A DNA stretch of 64,000 nucleotides from assembly GCA_963767925.1 (NCBI GenBank), contig CAVYGB010000008.1, positions 3,072,001 through 3,136,000 of the forward strand, given 5' to 3'. How positions within the stretch are numbered: position 1 is the first letter of the stretch; every line of letters begins with the position of its first letter. Shown here one piece after another: positions 19,834-33,345 of the stretch. The DNA comes from an uncultured delta proteobacterium. Lineage in GTDB: Bacteria; Myxococcota_A; Polyangia; Fen-1088. The translations under genes and the position numbers were made by a program. Below the pieces are notes generated by a model, which did not search any database, had not been told where the DNA came from, and saw nothing but the letters and a program-made list of their open reading frames with translations.

Positions 19834-20616
19834 ATGCGCCGCGTATTCGGTTTTTGTGCGTTTGCTCTGCTCGCTCTCGGCTGCGACGTCCCGGTCCAGT
19901 ACGGGCTGGACGAGGGCGCCGCCAACGAAGTGGTGACCGCGCTCGAGCGGGCCAACATCGCCGCCGCCAAGGTTCGCCAGGAGGGCGGCGGCAACGAGGC
20001 GACGTTCATCATCACGGTGACGAACCAGGAGGACGTCCGGCGGGCCATCGAGCTGATGCGCAACCTCGGCCTGCCCCGCACGCGCCGGAGCGGCCTGGCA
20101 GAGGTGTACGGCCAGGCCAGCCTGGTGCCGAGCGCCACCGAAGAGAAGGCCCGCTTCATCAAGGCCCTCGGCAACGACATCGAACGCACCCTCGAGACGA
20201 TCGACGGCGTCGTGAGCGCGCGCGTCCACATCGTGCCGCCCGAGACCGACCCCCTGGCCGCCGACCCCAGCAAGCAGCGGGTGAGCGCCCAGGCCGGGGT
20301 GCTGATCAAGACCCGGGCCGGCGTCATGATCCCCCTCAAGGAGCTGGACGTGCAGCGGCTGGTGGCCGGCGCGGTGGCCGGCATGGACCCCTCCAAGGTC
20401 GCGGTTGTCGTCACCGCCGCGCCCGACTGGGCCACGACCGGACAGCCCTCGCTGATCGCCGTGGGCCCGATCCGCATGACCCCCGGCAGCCGGACGGTCC
20501 TGATCGGGGCCCTCCTGATCGTGCTCGGCGTGGTGGCCGTGCTGGCCCTCGTCCTGCTGCTGATGGCCCGCCGCCTGGCGGCAGCCCAGCGCGCCCTCAG
20601 CACCCGCCGCGGCTGA
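19834..20616 (+). CDS. sctJ: Type III secretion inner-membrane ring lipoprotein (YscJ/HrcJ/SctJ)
   Basis: Lipobox LALGC, GLDEGAANE, LVPSATEEKAR, IERTLETIDGVVSARVHIV, LVAGAVAGM, C-terminal TM helix. Confidence 0.9.
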   Translation: MRRVFGFCAFALLALGCDVPVQYGLDEGAANEVVTALERANIAAAKVRQEGGGNEATFIITVTNQEDVRRAIELMRNLGLPRTRRSGLAEVYGQASLVPSATEEKARFIKALGNDIERTLETIDGVVSARVHIVPPETDPLAADPSKQRVSAQAGVLIKTRAGVMIPLKELDVQRLVAGAVAGMDPSKVAVVVTAAPDWATTGQPSLIAVGPIRMTPGSRTVLIGALLIVLGVVAVLALVLLLMARRLAAAQRALSTRRG

Positions 20617-20633
20617 GCCCGCCGCTCGCGGCG

Positions 20634-21290
20634 CTATCCGCCGAGCTTCTTCTTCAGCTCGGCAAGGGCGTCGTCGACGGTTCGGTCTTCGGTCAAGGCC
20701 TGCAGCTTGCGGTCGGTCTCCCGGCGCTCGGGGGTCTCGCCGGACAGCTCCTCGGTCAAGCTGGCCTCCGCCTCCACGGCTTCGATCTTGCCGGACATCC
20801 GCTCGAAGTCCTCGAAGGCGGAGGTCTTGGTCGAGGTGGAGCTGCGCCCCTTGGAGGCGCGCGCCTTCTCCCGCAGCGTCCCCTGCCGCAGCTTGACCTC
20901 CTTGACCCGCGCCTCGAGCGCCTTGAGCCCGGCGGTAAGCTGGTCGACGTAGGCCTTCTGCTCGTTGAGGGCCTTCTCGGCCTCGAGGCGATCGGCCTCC
21001 TTCTCGGCCTTGCGCTTGAGGGCCTCGCGCGCGAGCACGTCGTCACCCGCCTTGACCGCCTTCATGGCGTGCTCTTCCCAGGTCTTGGCCTCGCCGATGA
21101 GCTGTTCGACCCGCTTGGCCTGCCGCTTCTCATCGGCCATGCACTGGGCGACCTCGGTGCGCGCCTGGCGGGCCGAGTCCTCCATGTCGAGGATCATCTG
21201 GTCGAGCTCCTTGGCAGGGTCCTGCATGGAGTCGATCATGTCGTTGACGTTGGACTTGACGAGGGTGGACAGCCTTCCGAGGATCCCCAT
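20634..21290 (-). CDS. pspA: PspA/IM30 family protein
   Basis: MGILGRLSTLVKSNVN, DPAKELDQMILDM, LAREAL, AFEDFERM; coiled-coil pattern. Confidence 0.9.
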   Translation of the reverse strand: MGILGRLSTLVKSNVNDMIDSMQDPAKELDQMILDMEDSARQARTEVAQCMADEKRQAKRVEQLIGEAKTWEEHAMKAVKAGDDVLAREALKRKAEKEADRLEAEKALNEQKAYVDQLTAGLKALEARVKEVKLRQGTLREKARASKGRSSTSTKTSAFEDFERMSGKIEAVEAEASLTEELSGETPERRETDRKLQALTEDRTVDDALAELKKKLGG

Positions 21291-21372
21291 TTGGTGCGCG
21301 GCCCCTTTCCGGGATTGAGGATACATCCGGGGTCGCGCCCGAGCCAGCGACCGGGTAGGTTTTCAGCCGCCC

Positions 21373-22422
21373 ATGATCCTCTCGGACATCGCCGGCCAGG
21401 AGCACGCCCTCGCCGTGCTCAGGCGCGCCCTCGCCGCCGGACGGCTGGCCCACGCCTACCTGTTCGACGGACCACCGGGTGTGGGCAAGGCGCGCGCCGC
21501 GATCGCGCTGGGCCTGGCCCTGGCCTGCCCGGTGGCGCCCCGGGAGGGGTGTGGACGGTGCGAGACCTGCCAGCGCGTGCTGTCCGGGAACCACCCCGAC
21601 GTGCTGCGGTTCGACGCCGCCCAGCTCCCCGAGCTGGCCAAGGCCTCGAGCGAGAAGAGCGCCGTCAAATACGCCGCCCGCCACGTCTTCCCCTACGCCC
21701 TGCAGGCCCCCCACGAGGCCCCCGCCCGCCTGCTGGTGATCGACAGCGCCGACGAGCTGAGCCCCGACGTGCAGAACACGTTGCTCAAGACGCTCGAGGA
21801 GCCGCGCGCCGCCGTCCACATCGTGCTCGTGACGGCGGCCCGCGATCGGCTGCTGCCGACCATCCTGTCGCGCACGCAGCGGGTGCGCTTCGGGGCCGTG
21901 CGCGGCTCGGTGCTCGAGCAGCTCGCCGAGCGGCACGCCCTGGCCCCCGACCGGCGCAACCTGGCAGTCGCGCTCGCCGGCGGGTCGGTGGCTCGCCTGC
22001 TCCAGCTCGGGGCCGGCGAGGGCGGGGTCGGTCCCTGGGTGCAGCTCGAGGCCCTGCGCGAGGGGGCGGCCGGGGCGAGCGCGAGCGCCGTGTTCGAGAC
22101 CGCCGCCTCCCTCGGCGACAAGGAGGGCAAGCAGCGGCTGCCCGAGCTGCTGGCCCTGGCGGCGGGGTTCTACCGGGACGCGGTGGTGACGGCGGTGGGC
22201 GCGCCCGAGCTGGTGGTGCTGGGCGAGCGCGGCCCCGACATCGAGCGGCTGGCCGAGCGGGCCCGGACCGGCGGCGGGCTGCTGCGCCTGCGCCACGCCC
22301 TGCGGGCGGTCCTCGACGCCGAGGAGGCCCTGCGGGGCAACGTCAACGCGGTGGCGGCGCTCGAGCACCTCATGTTCGAGATGCGGGCCTGCGAGGGGCC
22401 GGCCGGGCGAAGCGGGCGATGA
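21373..22422 (+). CDS. holB: DNA polymerase III delta-prime subunit
   Basis: HAYLFDGPPGVGK, CGRCETC, NHPD, NTLLKTLEEP, LLPTILSR. Confidence 0.92.
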   Translation: MILSDIAGQEHALAVLRRALAAGRLAHAYLFDGPPGVGKARAAIALGLALACPVAPREGCGRCETCQRVLSGNHPDVLRFDAAQLPELAKASSEKSAVKYAARHVFPYALQAPHEAPARLLVIDSADELSPDVQNTLLKTLEEPRAAVHIVLVTAARDRLLPTILSRTQRVRFGAVRGSVLEQLAERHALAPDRRNLAVALAGGSVARLLQLGAGEGGVGPWVQLEALREGAAGASASAVFETAASLGDKEGKQRLPELLALAAGFYRDAVVTAVGAPELVVLGERGPDIERLAERARTGGGLLRLRHALRAVLDAEEALRGNVNAVAALEHLMFEMRACEGPAGRSGR

Positions 22423-23072
22423 ACCTGGTGGACGTGCGGCTGGCGCCGGCCGGACGGACGGTCGAGCTCGACGCCGGCGAGCTGCGGCTGCAGACCGGCG
22501 AGCAGATCGTCGTCGAGGACGGGCGGGGCGGCACCCGACTGGCGGTGGTGGCGCTGCCGACCGGCTGGCGCACCCCTCCCGGCCCGGTCGGGCAGGTGCT
22601 CCGGCGGGCCGGCCCCGAGGATCTCGCCCGGGGCGCCGCCGGCGAGCGGCGCGATCAGCAGGCGCTCGAAGTCGCCCGGGCCTGCGCCCGCGACCTGGGC
22701 CTCGCGCTCAAGCTGTTCCGGATCGAGCGGGCGGCTGACGACGACCGCACGATCTTCTATCTCTCGGCCGACCGGCGGATCGAGCTGCAGGCGCTGGCCC
22801 AGGCCCTGGCCGCCCATTTCCCCGAGCGCCTCGAGCTGCGCCAGGTCGGGGTGCGGGACGAGGCCAAGGGGATCGGCGGCATCGGCTCGTGTGGGCGCGA
22901 GCTGTGCTGCACGACCTTCCTGCCACGTTTTTCGCCCGTCACACTCCCCATGGCCAGAGATCAGAATCTGGCCCTCAACCCGGTGCGGGTGTCCGGTCAG
23001 TGCGGCCGCCTCAAGTGCTGTCTGGTCTACGAGGAGGCGCAGTACCTCGAGGCCCCCGGCAAGCCGGGTTGA
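22419..23072 (+). CDS. PSP1/RicT (YaaT) family Fe-S regulatory protein
   Basis: ELRQVGVRDEAK, GGIGSCGRELCC, SGQCGRLKCCL; ATGA overlap with holB. Confidence 0.9.
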   Translation: MNLVDVRLAPAGRTVELDAGELRLQTGEQIVVEDGRGGTRLAVVALPTGWRTPPGPVGQVLRRAGPEDLARGAAGERRDQQALEVARACARDLGLALKLFRIERAADDDRTIFYLSADRRIELQALAQALAAHFPERLELRQVGVRDEAKGIGGIGSCGRELCCTTFLPRFSPVTLPMARDQNLALNPVRVSGQCGRLKCCLVYEEAQYLEAPGKPG

Positions 23073-23087
23073 GGTAAGGTGGCGGGG

Positions 23088-25102
23088 ATGTCCGAGGTCT
23101 TCTACGTCACCACGCCCATCTACTACGTCAACTCGGTCCCCCACCTCGGCACCTTCTACACGACGGTGGTGGCGGACGCCCTGGCCCGCTTTCATCGGGC
23201 CCGCGACGCCGGCGGCCGCCAGACCTTCTTCCTCACCGGCCTCGACGAGCACGGCCAGCGGATCGAGCGCATCGCCCGCGAGCGCGGCCAGCCCCCCCAG
23301 GCCTACTGCGACGAGATAGCGGCCAAGTACCAGGCCACCTGGAAGCGGGCCGAGATCTCCTACGACAACTTCATCCGCACCACCGAGGAGCGGCACCGCC
23401 TGGCGGTGACGGAGATGTGGCGCCGCCTGGTCAACAAGGGCGACATCTACGCCGCCGACTATGAAGGCCATATACTGCGAGGGCTGCGAGGAGTGGAAGA
23501 CCGACGACGAGCTGGTCGTCGAAGGGGGGGTCAAGCTCTGCCCCACCCACCGGCGACCGGTGGAGAAGGTGAAGGAGAAGAACTACTTCTTCCGCCTGTC
23601 GGCCTACCAGCAGACAGCTGCTCGACCTCTACGCCGCCCACCCCGACTTCGTGCGCCCGGAGTCGCGCCTCAACGAGGTGCGCTCCTTCGTGTCCGGGGG
23701 CCTGCGCGATCTGTCGGTCTCGCGCATGTCGGTCAAGTGGGGCATCCCGGTCCCCGAAGATCCCAGCCACACCATCTACGTCTGGATCGACGCCCTCACC
23801 AACTACGTCACCGCCCTGGGCGGCCTGCGGGCGGTCGAGGAGGACGCGCGAGCGAGGGCCCTCTGGGCGGCCAGCCACCACCTCATCGCCAAGGACATCC
23901 TGCGCTTTCACGCCGTGTACTGGCCGGCCCTGCTGATGTCGGCCGGCTTGCCCACGCCGGCGAAGATCTTCTGCCACGGCTACCTCACCGTGAAGGGACA
24001 GAAGATCTCCAAGTCGATCCCCGCCACCCGGGTCGACCCCAACCTCATCGCCGACGACCTGGGGGTCGATCCCCTGCGCTACTTCGTGCTGCGCGAATAC
24101 ACCCTCGGCGCCGACGGGGACTTCAGCTACGAGGCGCTGCTGCAGCGGTACGAATCGGACCTGGGCAACGACCTCGGCAACCTGCTCAACCGGACCGTAT
24201 CCCTGGCCCGCCAGCTCCCCGACGCCCCCATCTTGCCCGCCCGCTCGCTGCACAAGGGGGAGCCCCAGACCGAGGAGGACCTCGGGCTGCAGGCGGCGGC
24301 GCTCACCGCCCTGACCGACGCCACCGCCGCCTGGGAGGACTTCGCCCCCGCCCGGGCCCTCGAGGCGACCTGGGGCCTGGTCCGGCGGGCCAACGCGTAC
24401 ATCGATCGGACCGCGCCCTGGAAGCTGTCCAAGGCGGCGAGCTGGGACGACCTCGGCCGCGTGCTGTCGGCGGCCTGCGAGGCCATCCGCCGGGCCGCGG
24501 TGATGGTGGCCCCCGCCATGCCGGGGGCGGCCCGGGAGATCCTCCGGCAGATCGGCCGCCAGGACGACTTCGGCCGCTGGCCCGAGCCCGAATGGAGCGG
24601 CTGGCCCGGCGGGTCGCTGGGCGACCCCCGGCCGGTCTTCCCCCGCTTCGACCCCGACCGGCAGGCGGCGCTGATCTCGAAGTGGGTCGGGGAGGCCGTC
24701 CCGGCCAGCGCGGCCGCGCCGGCGGCCGCGACCGGGACCGCCCCTGCCACCCCGGACGCCGCGCCGCCCGCGGGGGACGGCGCCGTCACCATCGACGAGT
24801 TCGCCCGGATCGATCTGCGGGCCGCCCGGGTCCTGACCGCCGAGCGGGTGCCAAAGACCGACAAGCTCATGAAGCTGATCCTCGATCTCGGCAGCGAGCA
24901 GCGCACCGTGGTCTCGGGCATCGCCGCCCACTACACCCCCGAGCAGCTCGTGGGGCGGACCGTCGTCTACCTCGCCAACCTCAAGCCGGCCAAGCTGCGG
25001 GGAGTCCTGTCGCAGGGCATGATCCTCGCCGCCAGCAACGATGGCGCGCTGGCGCTGGCGGGCGTCGACCAGGACATCCCGCCCGGCAGCAAGATCCGCT
25101 GA
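23088..25102 (+). CDS. metG: Methionine--tRNA ligase with C-terminal tRNA-binding domain; two +1 frameshifts (about 23468 and 23613)
   Basis: FYVTTPIYYVN, HLGT, TGLDEHG, YVWIDAL, KISKS, NLKPAKLRG spread over three frames. Confidence 0.93.
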
Positions 25103-25178
25103 GTTTCCCCGAGGTATCGGGGCCCCCGGCCCTCCCGGCGCCCTTTGAGAGACCGGGCGAAAATGCTATTTACGGGTG

Positions 25179-26430
25179 ATGCCGTCAGCACGACCATCTA
25201 TCCCCGCGGGTGGCGAGGCCATCCGCATGAGCCAGTCCGGAACGCTGGAGGTGCCGGATCATCCCATCATTCCATTCATCGAAGGCGATGGCACGGGGCC
25301 CGACATCTGGCGATCGTCGGTGCGCGTGCTGGACGCCGCCGTGGCCAAGGAGTTCGGGGGCAAGAAGAAGATCGCCTGGACCGAGGTCTTCGCCGGCGAG
25401 AAGGCCAAGAACGCCGTTCGACACCTGGCTGCCCGACGAGACCCTCGAGGCCTTCAAGACCTACCTCGTCGGCATCAAGGGGCCGCTGACCACCCCGGTG
25501 GGCGGCGGCATCCGCTCGCTCAACGTCGCCATCCGCCAGGTGCTCGACCTCTACGTCTGCCTGCGCCCGGTGCGCTACTTCACCGGCGTCCCCTCGCCGG
25601 TCAAGCACCCCGAGAAGGTCGACATGGTGATCTTCCGCGAGAACACCGAGGACATCTACGCCGGCATCGAGTGGGCGGCCGAGTCGCCCGAGGCCAAGAA
25701 GGTCATCGACTTCCTGCCGAAGGAGATGGGGGTCAAGAAGATCCGCTTCCCCGCCACCACCGGCATCGGCATCAAGCCGGTCTCGCGCGAGGGCTCCGAG
25801 CGGCTGATCCGCGCCGCCTTCGACTACGCCATCAAGGCACAAGCGCAAGAGCGTCACCCTGGTCCACAAGGGGAACATCATGAAGTTCACCGAGGGGGCC
25901 TTCCGCGACTGGGGCTACGCCCTGGCCAAGCGGGAGTACGAGGGGCGCGTGATCGGCTGGGACGACTGCGGCGGCAAGCCCCCGCCCGGGCAAGTCTTGC
26001 TCAAGGACTCGATCGCCGACATCACCTTGCAGCAGGTGCTCACCCGTCCCGACGAGTTCGAGGTCATCGCCACCATGAACCTCAACGGCGACTACCTGTC
26101 GGACGCGCTGGCCGCCCAGGTGGGCGGCATCGGCATCGCACCCGGGCGGGAACATCAACTACCTCACCGGCCACGCCGTGTTCGAGGCCACCCATGGCAC
26201 GGCCCCCAAGTACGCCAACCAGGACAAGGTCAATCCGGGCTCGGTCATCCTCTCGGGCGTGATGATGCTCGAGCACCTCGGCTGGACGGGGGCCGCCCAG
26301 GCGCATCGTCAAGGCGCTCGAGAAGACGATCACCCAGAAGACGGTGACCTACGACTTCGCGCGTCTCATGGAGGGGGCCAAGGAGGTCTCCTGCTCGGAG
26401 TTCGGCAACCGGATCATCGCCAACCTGTGA
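25179..26430 (+). CDS. icd: NADP-dependent isocitrate dehydrogenase; four +1 frameshifts (about 25415, 25838, 26147, 26300)
   Basis: [66 protein letters not shown]. Confidence 0.93.
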
Positions 26431-26491
26431 TCGAGACACCGGCCGGGATTCTCCGGACCCGGGGCTGACTTTGCGCTAACTTGGATCGAGC

Positions 26492-27487
26492 ATGCGGTGC
26501 TCGGTCTGTGGCGCGGAGACGGCCCCGGGGGCTCGGTTCTGCGCCGCCTGTGGTCAGCCTCTCGCCCAGGCGGCCGCGCCCACCCCGGTCCCACCCGCCC
26601 CGGTCCCACCGGCCGGCGCGGGCGCCCCCGCCGGCGCGGTCCCGCCCGCCCCGCCGGCCTACCTGCCCCCGCCGGGCACGGCGCTTCAGGTCAACCTCCA
26701 CCTCCCCCACGGCCTGCCCGCCCCCATGCAGCGGGGTGTGTATTGCGCCTCCTGCCAGCAGCGGACGGTGCCGGTCCCCTATTTCTCGAGAGGGATCAAC
26801 ATCGCCAAGCTGGCGGTGCTGCTCCCCTTCACCTTCGTGGGGCCCCTGCTCTTCTTCCTCATCCGGAAGGACCGGCTGGTCTGCTCCTGGTGCCGATCGC
26901 TGCTGCCCGGGGAGATGCCCCTGCCCCTGCTCGACGCCTTCGAATCGGCGCCGCCCGCCATCGCCGAGCGGCGGCTGGGCCTCCTGCCGGGCGAGGGGGC
27001 CATCGGCAACCGGGCCCAGGCCGGCCTGACCGACTGGCCCGGCAACGAGCAGGCGAGCCACGAGATCGCCCACCTCGAACGGCGCAGCCGCCGCAACCGC
27101 CGCCGATCCTGGAGCCTGGGGGCCGTCACCGCGATGATGACCGCTCTCGGCGGCATGGCGGCCAGCACGGGCGGGGCCGAGCCCTCGGTCTTCTTCTTCG
27201 CCATGGGCGGCCTGACCGGCGCCGGCGCCCTCGTCAGCTCGCAGCGCGGGAAGCGCTTCAGCGCCGAGGCCTCGGGCAAGCGCACCCGCCAGCGCGTCCT
27301 CGAGGTGCTGGGCCTGGCCCGGGCCAACGGGGGCCGACTCAACGTCACCCTGGTGGCCTCCCACATGTCCCTCGACCTGCGCGAGGCGGAGGCCCTGCTC
27401 GACGGCATGGTCGACGGCCGCCGGGTGGATGTCCATGTAGACGACCAGGGCCGCCTTACCTACGTCTTCCCAGAGCTTCAGCCCTGA
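26492..27487 (+). CDS. Zinc-ribbon membrane protein of unknown function
   Basis: N-terminal CSVC/CAAC, Pro-rich linker, CASC-hydrophobic-CSWC, two TM helices, C-terminal winged-helix-like tail. Confidence 0.75.
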   Translation: MRCSVCGAETAPGARFCAACGQPLAQAAAPTPVPPAPVPPAGAGAPAGAVPPAPPAYLPPPGTALQVNLHLPHGLPAPMQRGVYCASCQQRTVPVPYFSRGINIAKLAVLLPFTFVGPLLFFLIRKDRLVCSWCRSLLPGEMPLPLLDAFESAPPAIAERRLGLLPGEGAIGNRAQAGLTDWPGNEQASHEIAHLERRSRRNRRRSWSLGAVTAMMTALGGMAASTGGAEPSVFFFAMGGLTGAGALVSSQRGKRFSAEASGKRTRQRVLEVLGLARANGGRLNVTLVASHMSLDLREAEALLDGMVDGRRVDVHVDDQGRLTYVFPELQP

Positions 27488-27531
27488 CCTTCCGGCCCGG
27501 CGCATCTCTGCTATTGGCTTTTCCCGGTTGA

Positions 27532-29693
<2,162 letters not shown>

Positions 29694-29700
29694 AAGCGAC

Positions 29701-30573
29701 ATGGCCATTCTCGTCGGAAAGAACACCAAGCTCATCGTCCAGGGGCTGACCGGCTCGGCCGGGACGTTCCACGCCAAGCAGATGCGGGAGTATGGCACCG
29801 CCATGGTCGGAGGGGTGACCCCCGGCAAGGGCGGCACCGTGCACGAGGACTTCAAGGTCTTCGACACGGTGGCGGAGGCGGTGGCGAAGACCGGGGCCAA
29901 CGCCTCGGTCATCTACGTGCCGCCGCCCGGCGCGGCCGACGCCATCATCGAGGCGGCGGCGGCCGGCATCGAGGTCGTCGTCTGCATCACCGAGGGCATC
30001 CCCATCCTCGACATGGTGCGGGTCAAGCGGGCCCTGGCCGCCTACCCCAAGACCTTGCTGGTAGGGCCGAACTGTCCGGGGGTGATCACGCCGGGCGAGT
30101 GCAAGATCGGGATCATGCCCGGCTACATCCACACGCCCGGCCCGGTCGGCATCGTCTCGCGCTCGGGCACCCTGACCTACGAGGCGGCCCACCAGCTCAG
30201 CGCCCTGGGCATCGGCCAGTCGACCGCGGTCGGCATCGGCGGCGATCCGGTCAAGGGGTTCGACTTCATCGACTGCCTGGTGCGCTTCGAGGCCGACCCC
30301 CAGACCAGGGCGGTGCTGATGATCGGCGAGATCGGCGGCTCCTCGGAGGAGGAGGCGGCCGCCTTCGTGAAGAAGAACATGAAGAAGCCGGTGGCCGCCT
30401 TCATCGCCGGGGTGACCGCTCCCCCCGGCCGGCGCATGGGCCACGCTGGCGCCATCATCAGCGGCGGCAAGGGCGGGGCGGGCGACAAGATCGCGGCCCT
30501 GCGCGAGGCCGGCATCGCGGTGGCCCCCACCCCGGCCGAGCTCGGCAAGACCGTCGCTCCGCTCCTGCGCTGA
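29701..30573 (+). CDS. sucD: Succinate--CoA ligase alpha subunit
   Basis: [33 protein letters not shown]. Confidence 0.97.
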   Translation: MAILVGKNTKLIVQGLTGSAGTFHAKQMREYGTAMVGGVTPGKGGTVHEDFKVFDTVAEAVAKTGANASVIYVPPPGAADAIIEAAAAGIEVVVCITEGIPILDMVRVKRALAAYPKTLLVGPNCPGVITPGECKIGIMPGYIHTPGPVGIVSRSGTLTYEAAHQLSALGIGQSTAVGIGGDPVKGFDFIDCLVRFEADPQTRAVLMIGEIGGSSEEEAAAFVKKNMKKPVAAFIAGVTAPPGRRMGHAGAIISGGKGGAGDKIAALREAGIAVAPTPAELGKTVAPLLR

Positions 30574-30599
30574 ACCTCGCGACCGATAGAGGAAACGTC

Positions 30600-31019
30600 A
30601 TGGCCACTGAACGAACCTTCGGAATCATCAAACCCGACGCCGTGGCGAAGAACGCCGTCGGCGGCGTGATCTCCCTGATCGAGGCGGGCGGCCTGCGCGT
30701 CGTCGGCCTGCGCATGACCCGCCTCAGCCTGGCCCAGGCGGAGGGGTTTTACGCCGTACATCGCGAGCGGCCCTTCTTCCAGGCGCTGGTCACCTTCATG
30801 ACCTCGGGACCTGTGGTGCTCCTGGCGCTCGAGGGGGACAACGCGATCAGCCGCTACCGCGAGCTGATGGGCCCCACCGACTCGAAGAAGGCCCCCCCCG
30901 GCACCCTCCGGCAGAAGTACGGCACCGACATCGAGCGGAACGCCGTCCACGGCAGCGACGCCCCCGACACCGCCCGCTTCGAGCTCGGCTACTTCTTCAT
31001 GGGCCACGAGCTCGGCTAG
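30600..31019 (+). CDS. ndk: Nucleoside-diphosphate kinase
   Basis: [25 protein letters not shown]. Confidence 0.97.
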   Translation: MATERTFGIIKPDAVAKNAVGGVISLIEAGGLRVVGLRMTRLSLAQAEGFYAVHRERPFFQALVTFMTSGPVVLLALEGDNAISRYRELMGPTDSKKAPPGTLRQKYGTDIERNAVHGSDAPDTARFELGYFFMGHELG

Positions 31020-31113
31020 CCGGCGCGATCCCGCGCACGCTCGGCGCAAGATCGCGCGGCGCGCTTACGCGCGGCGCGTGGTACCTTCAAGGGGTCCACC
31101 CTGGAGGTTCCCC

Positions 31114-31491
31114 ATGGTCCGGTACGCGTGCTTCTTCTCCGTGGCGCTGCTGCTGACGCTGATCCAGCCCGGGACGGCTGCCGCCGATGACGGCTTCCGC
31201 TGCGGCAGCGGCCGCCTGGTCAGCTCGGGCGACAACATGCACGAGGTCCTCAACAAGTGCGGCGATCCGGACTCGGCCGGCCAGCGGGTCGAGAAGCGCA
31301 CCCGCAAGGAGCGCGTGCGCCGCTGGGTGGGCGGGGTATCCGAGGAGATCACCGAGGAGCGCGAGGTCGAGGTGGTGCTCGACGAGTGGGTCTACGACCT
31401 CGGGCCGCGCCGCTTCATCCGCACCGTCACCTTCGAGAACGGCCGGGTGGTCTACGTCGAGGCGGGCCAGAAGGGCAGCCGCCGATCCTAG
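31114..31491 (+). CDS. DUF2845-like secreted protein
   Basis: Signal peptide; FRCGSGRLVSSGD, VLNKCGDP, EWVYDLGP, FENGRV. Confidence 0.8.
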   Translation: MVRYACFFSVALLLTLIQPGTAAADDGFRCGSGRLVSSGDNMHEVLNKCGDPDSAGQRVEKRTRKERVRRWVGGVSEEITEEREVEVVLDEWVYDLGPRRFIRTVTFENGRVVYVEAGQKGSRRS

Positions 31492-31552
31492 CCGCCCCCG
31501 GCGCTGAACCCGGGCGGTTCGAGCGGCCAGACCGGCTATACTAGCCGGCTTC

Positions 31553-32655
<1,103 letters not shown>

Positions 32656-32680
<25 letters not shown>

Positions 32681-33327
32681 ATCACCCAGATCGAGATCGC
32701 CTGACGCCCCGGGAACACCGCCCGCCGGCCGGCCCCCAGATCGCGGCGCGGCCCCCGCACCAGCGCGCTGTGCGACAGCTCGAGGGCGAGGTCCATCTCG
32801 GGCAAGAGCTTGCGGGCGACACCCAGGGAGGCCCGCACCGCCAGGCGCGTGCCCTGGACAGGCGGGGCATCACCGGCGTCCGGGGCGAGCTGCTCGGCCA
32901 GGCCGAAGCCCACCCCCAGGCCGACCTGGGGCCGCCAGACGCCTAGCGGCATGGCCAGCGTCTGCAGGGCCAGGAAGTCGCCGTGGCGCACGTAGGCCTT
33001 GCGCAGGCAGCTCGACGCGCTGGTACCGACGACGTCCAGCCAGGCGGCGCACTTGGAGTACCGCTGGTGGCTGAAGTGGAACCCCGTCCCCAGCTCGAAC
33101 CGGTCGCCCAGGGTGAGGTACCGGTAGGAGAAGGCCGCCTGCAGCGTGACGCCGAGCGCCCGCGGCAGAGGATCGGTCGCGCCCCCGAAGCGCCAGGCCG
33201 GGCCCACGGCCAGGCCCAGGCGGAAGGCCGGCCCGGCGACGACCGGGGCCTCCCCCTCCGCGCTCGGCGGAGGGGCGGGCTCGGCTTGCGCGAGGACCAG
33301 CAGACTGGCGAGGTTCAGCAGGAGCAT
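32656..33327 (-). CDS. Hypothetical outer-membrane beta-barrel protein
   Basis: Signal-like N-terminus, alternating beta-strand pattern; downstream of bamA. Confidence 0.55.
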
Positions 33328-33345
33328 GGCCACGAGACCCGGTCA

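Noticed and set aside
20634..21290. Functional link between pspA and sctJ
   Set aside because: Convergent orientation and no secretin nearby; adjacency alone is not evidence
23088..26430. Programmed frameshifting in metG and icd
   Set aside because: No shared slippery motif, too many events, and error-like pattern
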